From an uncultured bacterium (GTDB lineage Bacteria; SAR324; NAC60-12): a stretch of DNA of 35,337 bases. Of the stretch, positions 20,201 to 29,095 are shown piece by piece; position 1 is the first letter of the stretch, and every line of letters starts with the position of its first letter. The DNA is taken from positions 1-35,337 of the forward strand of contig CAXGMD010000032.1 of assembly GCA_964010765.1 (NCBI GenBank), in the 5' to 3' direction. Under the pieces are notes generated by a model that ran no database searches, was not told the DNA's origin, and saw only the letters and a program-made list of their open reading frames with translations. Made by a program: the position numbers and the translations under genes.

Positions 20201-20302
20201 GGTTTTGTATTCGAGTCGGTTAGATTGTCAAGGATTTTGTGTAACAAAATTAAACCAGAGAGCCTTTACCTCTCTTTTAGCGTTGTGCGACTCTCTTACT
20301 TT

Positions 20303-20632
20303 TCATGGATGAACGTTCTTGGAAAATAACTGAATGACGCCAACCCCAGCGATGATCAGGGCCATCCCGACAATGGCAGCCCAGTCGGGGACCTGTTTGT
20401 AGAGAAAGATCGAGATGACAGTAACCAGCACAATCCCAATCCCCGACCAGGTAGCGTAAGCGATCCCCACAGGAATCACCTTCAAGGAGAGGGTTAGGAA
20501 GTAGAAGGCGGCACCATAACCAAGCAAGACAATCAGGCTGGGCCAGAGTTTGGTGAAGTCTTCTGTGGCCTTGAGAAAACTGGTACCGATCACTTCACCC
20601 AGGATCGCCAGCGCCAGATAAAAATAGTGCAT
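20303..20632 (-). CDS. SMR family multidrug efflux transporter (EmrE/Qac-like)
   Basis: 109 aa, four TMs, membrane Glu in LAILGEVIGT, AYATWSGIG. Confidence 0.92.
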   Translation of the reverse strand: MHYFYLALAILGEVIGTSFLKATEDFTKLWPSLIVLLGYGAAFYFLTLSLKVIPVGIAYATWSGIGIVLVTVISIFLYKQVPDWAAIVGMALIIAGVGVIQLFSKNVHP

Positions 20633-20641
20633 AATCAGAAA

Positions 20642-21286
20642 TCATCCTTGCTTACTGGCAATCCAAGTGACTGTGGCTTTGCGTGCTTCCTGAAGAGTTT
20701 CTGAAACAGCGAGTACCTTCTGAAGATTCTGGTGCCATTCTTTGAGTCGTGGTGGTAGATTCCAGGGCATTCCAAAGCACTCCCACATCAACTCTCCTAA
20801 TAACAGGGTTGGAGCATACCCCACATCAGCTAGTGACATCTCTGAAGTCAGCAAGAAAGGTTGGGACTCTGCCAACTCAGCCAACATGGTTAGTTGCTTT
20901 TGGAGTTCAGTGGCTTTGGCCTGTAAGACCTCCGCGTTTCGAGTCTGGGGAGCGACTTGCCCAAATAGAGATCGGATGATGGGCTCCACTGCAAGATCAT
21001 GATGCCTAGAGAGTTGCCGAATCATAGCCCGTTTTGCAGGATCTCCCGGCAGCATTACAGGATTCGGATACTTTTCCTCCAGATACTCGTTGATGGCTTC
21101 CGATTCAGAGAGTACCAATTGATCATCCACCAGTCCTGGAATTTTGCCGGTCGGGACGATCTGCTTGTATTCAGCTGACCCATACCCACTGGGTGGCGGT
21201 AGGATCTGGTGAGGAATCTGTTTGTGCCGGAGGACAATCGTAACCTTACTACAGAAGTTACTGATGGGGAGCGCGTAGAGAATCAT
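20642..21286 (-). CDS. Glutathione S-transferase family protein
   Basis: SNFC N-terminal motif, PTGKIP.L, LSES.AI.EYLEE, SLAD. Confidence 0.92.
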   Translation of the reverse strand: MILYALPISNFCSKVTIVLRHKQIPHQILPPPSGYGSAEYKQIVPTGKIPGLVDDQLVLSESEAINEYLEEKYPNPVMLPGDPAKRAMIRQLSRHHDLAVEPIIRSLFGQVAPQTRNAEVLQAKATELQKQLTMLAELAESQPFLLTSEMSLADVGYAPTLLLGELMWECFGMPWNLPPRLKEWHQNLQKVLAVSETLQEARKATVTWIASKQG

Positions 21287-21484
21287 GAATTTCCAGTCTG
21301 AGTAAAGGGATGGAACTGGTGTCGCTCAACAACACTTGTTCCTTGTGAAAAAGGGGTTCAATCTTGAAAATTGCAAATGCAATCGTATCTAGTGGCAGGT
21401 TCTTGCTTTTGCGTAACTCACGCAAGAGAGAAATGGATCGGTTCCTAAATTTTCAGAAAATTCTTTGCGGCATAGTTCAATATC

Positions 21485-22375
21485 ATGAGTAAGAAATCGA
21501 CCTTTGCAGAAGGCTTTGAAGCAGTTCGGCTTCAGACCCTGGGAGCGGAAATCAATCTTGTTCACGGAGGGGCTGGGAAGCCACTGCTGTTGATGCATGG
21601 CTATCCACAGACTCACATGATGTGGCACCGAGTGGCTCCACGATTGGCTGAAGAATATCACGTCATCTGTCCAGACTTGCGTGGCTACGGAGACAGCTCC
21701 AAACCAGAATCTTCAGCTGATCATGCACCCTACTCCAAGCGTGAGATGGCCAACGACATGGTTGAGGTGATGAAGGAGCTTGGCTACCAGCAGTTTGCCG
21801 CAACTGGACATGATCGTGGAGCTCGGGTATTGCACCGGATGATTCTAGATCATCCAGAGCGTGTGGAACGGGCCTGTGTGATGGACATCGCTCCAACTCA
21901 TCACATGTTCAAGACGACAGATCAGGAATTTGCGACCGGCTACTACCACTGGTTTTTTCTGATTCAGCCCAATGGCCTACCGGAGCGTCTGATTGGGGCG
22001 GATCCCGAATACTACCTCACTGAGAAGATGGGACGTTGGAGTTCTCCTGATTCCATCTTTGCCCCAGAAGCCTTTGACGAGTACCTGCGCTGCTTTCGTA
22101 AGCCGGAAACTATTCATGCCTCCTGTGAGGACTACCGAGCAGCTGCGAGCATTGACTTGGAACATGATGCATCCGATCTGGATCGAAAAATAGAGTGCCC
22201 CCTTTTAGTCCTTTGGGGAGACAAGGGCCTCGTGCATCGTAAGTATGAGGTTCTCGAAGTTTGGCGTGAACGAGCCAACCATGTTAGTGGTACCGCCCTG
22301 AAATGTGGACACTACTTACCAGAGGAATCCCCAGAGCAAGTTCTTGATGAACTGCTCCCATTCCTTCGTTCCTGA
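21485..22375 (+). CDS. Fluoroacetate/haloacetate dehalogenase (alpha/beta hydrolase)
   Basis: HGYPQ, GHDRGARV (nucleophile Asp and two Arg), YYHWFF (His-Trp), CEDYRA (Tyr), CGHY.PEE (catalytic His). Confidence 0.88.
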   Translation: MSKKSTFAEGFEAVRLQTLGAEINLVHGGAGKPLLLMHGYPQTHMMWHRVAPRLAEEYHVICPDLRGYGDSSKPESSADHAPYSKREMANDMVEVMKELGYQQFAATGHDRGARVLHRMILDHPERVERACVMDIAPTHHMFKTTDQEFATGYYHWFFLIQPNGLPERLIGADPEYYLTEKMGRWSSPDSIFAPEAFDEYLRCFRKPETIHASCEDYRAAASIDLEHDASDLDRKIECPLLVLWGDKGLVHRKYEVLEVWRERANHVSGTALKCGHYLPEESPEQVLDELLPFLRS

Positions 22376-22434
22376 TCCAGAAATCGCTTTTCTATCTCCG
22401 TTTTTATTTTCCTTTAGCAGGAAACCCCTCGCGC

Positions 22435-23679
22435 ATGAGTCTTTTTGCTCGTCCTGAGCGGACGCCTTCCCTACCAGAATTTGTCGGTTTGATGGCTCTG
22501 ATGCAATCTTTGGTGGCTTTGACCATTGATGCCATGATCCCTGCCCTGCAGGAACTCGGTGTCACTCTTGAGATTGCTCATCCTAACGACGCACAGCTCG
22601 TGATCAGTTTGCTGTTCCTCGGATTGGCAATCGGACAACTCCTCTTTGGCCCTCTGTCCGACAGCATTGGACGCAAACCTGCGATTCAACTGGGGATTGG
22701 TCTGTTCAGCATTGGCTGCCTGCTCTCGGTTTTCTCAACAAGCTACACAATGATGCTCTTTGGTCGGTTTTTGCAGGGGGTTGGCTTGGCAGGGCCAAGG
22801 ATTGTCAGCATTGCGCTGATCCGAGATCTCTATTCTGGTGATTCGATGGCGAAAGTAATGTCCTTCGTGATGTCGGTGTTCATTCTTGTGCCCGCGATTG
22901 CACCAGCTGTTGGTCAGGGGATCCTGCACATCTGGAATTGGCAGGTGATCTTTGCTCTCTTTCTTGGGCTAGGGGCCATCGTCTCAGTCTGGTTTGGACT
23001 GCGTCAACCCGAGACCCTGAAACCGGAAAGGCGGATTCCCTTCACACCTCAAAGACTGATTGCTGGTGTTAAAGAGGTTTGCCGGAATCGCCACGCCTTT
23101 GGACACACGATCGCAGCTGGGCTGATTTTTGGTCCCTTTGCCGCCTACCTTTCAATGTCTCAACAGATCCTGCAGATTCAATATGGTCTCGGAGAAGATT
23201 TTCCACTGTACTTCGCCCTGTTGGCTCTTTCGGTCGGGGCGGCGTTCTTTGCAAACTCTCGCTTGGTGATGCGTTACGGGATGCGCAGAATGATTGGCAT
23301 TGCCTGTCCAGCCATTTCCATCTGGAGTTTGTGCTTTCTTGGTGTTGTTTGGTTGTATGATAGTCAACCTTCTCTGCTGCTGTTGATTCTCTACCTACAG
23401 GTGACTTTCTTCTGTATGGGCATTCTCTTCGGGAACCTGAATGCGATGGCGATGCAGACATTGGGTCACATTGCTGGCATTGGAGCCGCTATCGTAGGCT
23501 TTCTCTCTACGACGATCGGTGTTACTTTCGGATCGGTAATCGGGCAAATGTATGACCAATCGATTGCTCCTTTGGTCATTGGCTATATTCTTGGAAGCAC
23601 ACTCTCCATCCTGGCAATTCACTGGTCCAATCAAGGCGGTGTCCCGTCAACTAGAGTTGAAGTCGTTCCAGCAAAGTGA
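22435..23679 (+). CDS. Bcr/CflA-family MFS efflux transporter
   Basis: IDAMIPAL, GPLSD..GRKP, RDLYSG..MA, PETL motifs. Confidence 0.9.
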   Translation: MSLFARPERTPSLPEFVGLMALMQSLVALTIDAMIPALQELGVTLEIAHPNDAQLVISLLFLGLAIGQLLFGPLSDSIGRKPAIQLGIGLFSIGCLLSVFSTSYTMMLFGRFLQGVGLAGPRIVSIALIRDLYSGDSMAKVMSFVMSVFILVPAIAPAVGQGILHIWNWQVIFALFLGLGAIVSVWFGLRQPETLKPERRIPFTPQRLIAGVKEVCRNRHAFGHTIAAGLIFGPFAAYLSMSQQILQIQYGLGEDFPLYFALLALSVGAAFFANSRLVMRYGMRRMIGIACPAISIWSLCFLGVVWLYDSQPSLLLLILYLQVTFFCMGILFGNLNAMAMQTLGHIAGIGAAIVGFLSTTIGVTFGSVIGQMYDQSIAPLVIGYILGSTLSILAIHWSNQGGVPSTRVEVVPAK

Positions 23680-23823
23680 ATCTCTATTTGTGCCTCTCTG
23701 AGTGAGAGTTTCTAGATATTGTTTGACAGATTTCAGTTGACTTTCCCTTATGATCTTTCTACAAGAAAAGCGCTTGTTTTATAGATTATTTTGAATACTC
23801 AAATGTAATAAGGAGGGGGAGCG

Positions 23824-24294
23824 ATGAAAAATCTTCTGAAAGTTATGCTGTTGGGAACCGGCTTAATCCTAGCGATGTGGTCAAGCGCCTTGGGCTACGG
23901 CAAGCAAAAAGTTGCCTATCATATCAATGGGGACAATCCACAACAGAACGCAGGCGCCTTGCGCAATATTCAAAATCACATCAACGCAGTTGGTGCTGAG
24001 AACATGGATATCCGCGTGGTAATGCACGGGAATGGGCTTGCGGTGTTGATGTACCCAGATGAAGTGGAAGGCACCAAGATGAAGCGGGGGAATGCAAACG
24101 AAGATATGCAGACTAGAATCACAGGCTTGAAAAATCAGGGAGTGCGCTTTCATATCTGCGCAAACACACTGAAGAGTAAGAATGTAAGTCTTGAAGAAGA
24201 TCTCTATGATGCCTCTCAGGATGATGTTGTCCCAAGTGGTGTTGCAGAACTCTCTAACCTGCAGATTCAGGGCTACACCTACATCAAGCCCTGA
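23824..24294 (+). CDS. Exported DsrE/DsrF-like protein
   Basis: Signal peptide, KVAYHIN, LRNIQNH, V.HG.G, ICANTL, VPSGV.EL..LQ..GY.YIKP; strong AGGAGG RBS. Confidence 0.85.
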   Translation: MKNLLKVMLLGTGLILAMWSSALGYGKQKVAYHINGDNPQQNAGALRNIQNHINAVGAENMDIRVVMHGNGLAVLMYPDEVEGTKMKRGNANEDMQTRITGLKNQGVRFHICANTLKSKNVSLEEDLYDASQDDVVPSGVAELSNLQIQGYTYIKP

Positions 24295-24328
24295 TTTTTC
24301 TGTCGAAAGAAAACCTTTCTGCTTTGCT

Positions 24329-24353
24329 GGCTGCTCTCATGGGGCAGCCTTCT
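24329..24353 (+). terminator. Possible intrinsic terminator between convergent genes
   Basis: GGCTGCTCT-CAT-GGGGCAGCC stem followed by a short TTCT tract. Confidence 0.35.
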
Positions 24354-24387
24354 CCAGACCGCCTCGCTCTACTACTTCCCTAAAATC

Positions 24388-25332
24388 TTACCTATGAAAA
24401 AGCCACAACAGCGTCGACAGGGTGATCGGAGCCAGTAAAGTGGTGATGAGCATTGCGTTGCTGGCCAGAGCGACATTGACCTGATAACGAGAAGCGAACA
24501 GATAGGGAGTCACCCCAACGGGTTGAGCCGCAATCAGAATCGCCACATGCACCCAGAGTCCGTACTCCAACTGAAAAACTACTAGTGCTAGGAAAGCAAC
24601 AATCATTGGTTGCAGGAGTAGTTTTGCCAACACCACCATCCCCATGTCCTTCCAGCGTCCAGCTATCTGAAACCGAGTCAGTGTCGCCCCCAAAGCAAAC
24701 AGCGAGCATGGAGTAACTGCATCCCCCATTAATTCGGCGACAGGATCCAGTGGCTCCGGTAATTGGAGGTTGAACAGATTCATCAGAATTCCGGAGACCA
24801 GGCTCAGGATGATTGGGTTGGTGGCAATACCCCGCAGGGCATTTCGGGTAACTTTGGAGAGCGAGGCATTGCGCCCCTTGGCAATTTCCATCAAAGTCGT
24901 GATCACCGGCAGGAGTAACGTCGAATGCAGACTGATGATCAGGAACAAGGGCACGGTTGCCTCTTCACCAAACGCCATTAAGACTACTGGGATGCCGAGC
25001 AAAACTGTGTTTGGAAACGTGCTTGTGAAGCCGTGCATTGCGCTGTCTCTAAAATCTCGTCGTAGCAAAGTCCGACAGCTTAGAAAGCCCAGTGTCATTA
25101 CGCTAAACGAGGCTCCATAGTAGGAGAACAGAAAGGCCCAAGGTACTTGGTCAGGCAATGAGGAGCGGGAGATCGTCTGCACCAACATCACCGGAACCGC
25201 AAAGTGGTAGGTGAAATCACTCAGACCATCCACGGTAGATTCCTTGACCCAGTTGAGCTTGGATGCACCATAGCCCATACCAATGATCGCGAAAACCGGG
25301 AAGATGACGTCAAAGATGGGATTCAATCGCAC
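24388..25332 (-). CDS. AEC (auxin efflux carrier) family transporter
   Basis: FPNT..LGIP, NPII, P.SLF.LG, KLLLQP motifs; about 10 TMs. Confidence 0.9.
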   Translation of the reverse strand: MRLNPIFDVIFPVFAIIGMGYGASKLNWVKESTVDGLSDFTYHFAVPVMLVQTISRSSLPDQVPWAFLFSYYGASFSVMTLGFLSCRTLLRRDFRDSAMHGFTSTFPNTVLLGIPVVLMAFGEEATVPLFLIISLHSTLLLPVITTLMEIAKGRNASLSKVTRNALRGIATNPIILSLVSGILMNLFNLQLPEPLDPVAELMGDAVTPCSLFALGATLTRFQIAGRWKDMGMVVLAKLLLQPMIVAFLALVVFQLEYGLWVHVAILIAAQPVGVTPYLFASRYQVNVALASNAMLITTLLAPITLSTLLWLFHR

Positions 25333-25436
25333 AACCTTAGGGAAGTTAGTCTGGGGGAAGGGCTAACTAGTTCTGGCGAACTTTCAAACTATGGTTGCTG
25401 GAAGAGTAGACAACAATCGGAGAATTTACAAAGGGA

Positions 25437-26507
25437 TCAAGTGTTTTTGGTTAGCGCTTTCCCCTCTGGATTGAAGAGATGAACATATTCAGGAAGAAAT
25501 CGCATGCGGACCTTGGTTTCTTCTTCTAAGAAAGAGTTGCCATTCTGGCGCACCAGGACAGTGGTTCCTGCTTCCAGATCCACATGCAGAAAACTGTCTG
25601 CCCCAAGACGTTCCACCACAGCGATTTTTCCGTGCACTGGCCCTTCAGAATCCAGTTCGATGTGTTCTGGTCGAATACCCATTTGGACAGCACTTTCTGC
25701 TGCTCCTGTCAGAGTTCGATCGGTCTTCAACTCAGAGCCGTCTTCCAGGCGAAACTGCCCTTCACCGAATCCTTTTCCGCTGAGAATGTTCATCATTGGA
25801 GAACCAATGAAGGTCGCCACAAAAAGGTTTGCAGGGTTCTCATAGAGCTCCAATGGGGGTCCAATTTGTTCGATTTGCCCCTCTGAGAAAACCACTATCC
25901 GGTGGGCCAAGGTCATCGCTTCCACCTGGTCATGAGTGACATAGACCATCGTGCTGCGTAGACGTCGGTGTAGACGAGCAATCTCTACGCGCATCTGTAC
26001 CCGCAGAGCCGCGTCCAGGTTGGAAAGAGGTTCATCAAAAAGGAAAGCCAGGGGAGCCCGTACAATCGACCGTCCGATAGCAACACGCTGACGTTGACCA
26101 CCCGAGAGCTCCTTGGGTAGACGATCAAGCAGGGGTCCCAGCTGCAATACATTGGCGGCTTCCTTGACAGCAGCAGCCACTTGTTCCTTTGGCTCCCCAG
26201 CCATTTTCAGAGGGAAGCCCATGTTGTCACGCACTGTCTTGTGAGGGTAGAGGGCATAGGATTGAAAAACCATTGAGAGGCTTCGTTCTGCAGGGGGCAA
26301 TCCGGTGACGTCTTGATCTCCAATGATGATCTGTCCTTCTGTCACTTCTTCGAGGCCCCCGATCAAGCGGAGCATGGTAGACTTGCCGCATCCAGAAGGT
26401 CCAACGAAGACAACGAATTCACGGTCTTCGATTTCAAGATCGACTCCTCTTATGACCTCAACTTCCCCAAAACTTTTGTGTACATCACGCAACACAATGC
26501 CTGCCAT
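25437..26507 (-). CDS. Carbohydrate ABC ATP-binding protein (MalK/UgpC type)
   Basis: GPSGCGKST, LSGGQRQR, DEPLSNLDA, GIRPEH. Confidence 0.95.
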   Translation of the reverse strand: MAGIVLRDVHKSFGEVEVIRGVDLEIEDREFVVFVGPSGCGKSTMLRLIGGLEEVTEGQIIIGDQDVTGLPPAERSLSMVFQSYALYPHKTVRDNMGFPLKMAGEPKEQVAAAVKEAANVLQLGPLLDRLPKELSGGQRQRVAIGRSIVRAPLAFLFDEPLSNLDAALRVQMRVEIARLHRRLRSTMVYVTHDQVEAMTLAHRIVVFSEGQIEQIGPPLELYENPANLFVATFIGSPMMNILSGKGFGEGQFRLEDGSELKTDRTLTGAAESAVQMGIRPEHIELDSEGPVHGKIAVVERLGADSFLHVDLEAGTTVLVRQNGNSFLEEETKVRMRFLPEYVHLFNPEGKALTKNT

Positions 26508-26560
26508 AAAGCCTCAAGAAAAACGATTCAAGAAAGTCATTTGGAACTTTTTCATTAACC

Positions 26561-27793
26561 TCAACCCTTCACACTACCAGCTGTCAAACCCTTGACCAGA
26601 AAGCGTTCGGCCCAGAGGAAAAGAATCAAAATAGGCACGGTGGAGATCACGGCTCCAGCCATCAGGTGCTGTCGGGGAACTTCTGAAGAATTCAACGAAA
26701 CAACTCCTCGAGGGAGCGTGAAGATGCTCGGATCATCTAAAAACATGAACGCAAACAGAAATTCATTCCAGGCAATCATGAACACGTATAACCCCACTGA
26801 AGCTAGTGCCGGTATGCTCAGGGGCATGGTTACCTGTCGGATAGCGACCATGCGCGAACAACCGTCCATCAAGGCTGCTTCTTCCAACTCTGGCGGAATG
26901 CCACGAAAGTAGCCCTGCAGCATGTATAACGCTACAGGTAGCGTGGTCGCAGGGTAAACGATCAATAGCCCCAGTAAGCTGTTTCGTAGGCCCAATTGAG
27001 AAAAAATCACGTAGAGCGGGATCACCAAGACAATGGCTGGGACCAAATAAATCAGCAGAATGGAGCGGGAGAGCACCTTGCGCCCTTGGAAGCGTAGCCG
27101 GGCCACAGCGTAGGCCCCCGGTATGGCAAACAGCAGCGTCAGTGCAACCGTAGCCAGTGAGACAATCGCAGAAACCCCAATGTAGCGGCCAAAATTGAAA
27201 TCTCTGAACAATTCAACGTAGGAACGGAAGATTGCCCAGCCGTCCTGTCTCCAGTTAGGCATCAAATCCAGTGGATTCATCAAGAGCGCTTGCTGTGACT
27301 TCAGGCTGGTCATCAGCATCACATAGAATGGCAGCACTACAAGCACTGTAAAGAAGAGAAAGCCAAATACCTGAAGGCTGGAGAGGATGCATAGCTCCCA
27401 GCGTCGTCGATTGAGAACACCCGGACCCAATGTACGAAAACTGAAGACCAGCACCATCACCAACAGTAAAGATCCCAGCAGAGCTCCCAGACTTTGCAGC
27501 AGCGGATTTGCTTCCGAATTTTGAAATGGGGTATCAGTAGCGAGCAAGTGGAAGAGCAGAGAGATGCCAAGTATGAAGCCTCCAATCAAACCGCGAGTTC
27601 TACGTTCTATGGGAATCAGGCCCCATATCCCAGCAACCAAACCGCAAATGGTGATCTGAGCACTGCTAGGTACTAGCCCTGTTCCTTCAAACAGCGAGAG
27701 CCCTGCGGCCAGGAGCGCAAAAATCAAGAAAGCCCAGATGACCCCAAGTCCCAGACTTGTGAACAGCAGCGTCTGCCACTGACGAGCAGTCAC
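26561..27793 (-). CDS. Carbohydrate ABC permease (MalG-like) with an N-terminal hydrophobic extension
   Basis: EEAALMDG EAA loop, AWNEF; about 125 extra N-terminal residues with several TMs. Confidence 0.92.
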   Translation of the reverse strand: MTARQWQTLLFTSLGLGVIWAFLIFALLAAGLSLFEGTGLVPSSAQITICGLVAGIWGLIPIERRTRGLIGGFILGISLLFHLLATDTPFQNSEANPLLQSLGALLGSLLLVMVLVFSFRTLGPGVLNRRRWELCILSSLQVFGFLFFTVLVVLPFYVMLMTSLKSQQALLMNPLDLMPNWRQDGWAIFRSYVELFRDFNFGRYIGVSAIVSLATVALTLLFAIPGAYAVARLRFQGRKVLSRSILLIYLVPAIVLVIPLYVIFSQLGLRNSLLGLLIVYPATTLPVALYMLQGYFRGIPPELEEAALMDGCSRMVAIRQVTMPLSIPALASVGLYVFMIAWNEFLFAFMFLDDPSIFTLPRGVVSLNSSEVPRQHLMAGAVISTVPILILFLWAERFLVKGLTAGSVKG

Positions 27794-29076
27794 AGGCCCT
27801 CCTCCGCAGGCAAACTACGAAAATAAGCCAAAGCAAACAGGCCTAACAAAAATGAAATCACGACTGCCACCGCGCATCCAGCACCGAGATTGTTGATCGC
27901 AAAAGCCTGTTCATAAACACTGACGGTCAGAGTGCGTGTACCAGCTGCTCCCCCGGTCAAGAGAAAGATGTCGTCAAATTTGTTGAAGGTCCAAATGAAG
28001 CGCAACAAAAATAAGACCGCCAGGATTCCGGCTAACTGAGGTAGCCAGAGTTCCCAAAACTTTTGAAAGGGGGTTGCTCCATCCATTTCTGCAGCTTCAA
28101 ACATATCCTGTGAGACGGATTGCATCCGAGCTAGAATGAAAAGAAAAGAAAGAGGGAAATAGCGCCAAACTTCGAAGGCGATGACCATCAACAAGGCTAG
28201 GGGAATGGGTAGATTCAACCCAAAAAGCTCCACTTCGGTCCAGCGAATCCCAAAGAAATTGATCGGAGTCTCTATGGCGCCCATTTGAAGGAGTAAGGCA
28301 TTCAAGGCTCCTGAATTGGGATCCAGCAGCACCAGCCAGGTGAAGGCCATAGCAATCACGGGTGCTACGTAGGGAAAGAGAAAGAGTCCCCGAAAGATCA
28401 TGCGCCCAGGGAAAGAGAGGTTGAGCAATTGAGCCGCAAACAGACCCACAACAATTGCTCCCAGTGTTCCCAGGACCGTATAGGCGAAAGTCACCAGCAA
28501 GATGGCTTCAAACTCACGCATCGCGAAGACGTCCATAAAGTTTTCAAGCGTAAAGTTACTGCTGAGCAACTTGTTTGAACTCTCGCCGGTAATGGTCGGT
28601 GGAGTCTTACGAGGATCTTCTCTCTCGGCAAGCCAGTCCGCTGTGATCTGAGCTTCTAAGCGCAATTTTTCATTTTGTGCTGGTTCCCAGTCACCCAACT
28701 CACAGTGTAGCGCACGTCCAGCCAATTGGCAGCGGTTGTCTAATTCTGCGATCAGAAGTCCCTTGGGCAGGTTATCTTTCAGGACCACCTTACGCACCCA
28801 TTCTGTTTGGGAGGAATTTCTTAAGCGATATTCCAAGCGAAAGGTCTCTCCGGCAGCCTGAATGTCTTTTAGGCTCCGAGTGCGCTCTCGGACAAAGATT
28901 TCTGGGGGGCGAAGATCTGCGAGGGTAACAGGCTTGAAGCTGATCCAGAACGTAGCCAGCAGTGGGAAGAGAACAATCGCAAAAACAATAAGAACAGTAG
29001 GGAGCAACAACCCCAAGGCGAGGCGTTGCTCCCTTCGGGCCAGAGGCCCGAGCTTGGATTTACTCAGTACTGACAC
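27790..29076 (-). CDS. Carbohydrate ABC permease (MalF-like) with a DUF11-like Ig insertion
   Basis: EAAEMDGA EAA loop; periplasmic insert YRLRN...VVLKDNLPKGL...C...LHCELGDWEP. Confidence 0.9.
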   Translation of the reverse strand: MSVLSKSKLGPLARREQRLALGLLLPTVLIVFAIVLFPLLATFWISFKPVTLADLRPPEIFVRERTRSLKDIQAAGETFRLEYRLRNSSQTEWVRKVVLKDNLPKGLLIAELDNRCQLAGRALHCELGDWEPAQNEKLRLEAQITADWLAEREDPRKTPPTITGESSNKLLSSNFTLENFMDVFAMREFEAILLVTFAYTVLGTLGAIVVGLFAAQLLNLSFPGRMIFRGLFLFPYVAPVIAMAFTWLVLLDPNSGALNALLLQMGAIETPINFFGIRWTEVELFGLNLPIPLALLMVIAFEVWRYFPLSFLFILARMQSVSQDMFEAAEMDGATPFQKFWELWLPQLAGILAVLFLLRFIWTFNKFDDIFLLTGGAAGTRTLTVSVYEQAFAINNLGAGCAVAVVISFLLGLFALAYFRSLPAEEGL

Positions 29077-29095
29077 AGGGTCATTTCTCGATTGG

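Noticed and set aside
20303..20632. SMR protein as a fluoride or guanidinium exporter
   Set aside because: It has Qac/EmrE-like motifs, is not Fluc/CrcB, and has no room for a guanidine riboswitch in the 9-bp gap upstream.
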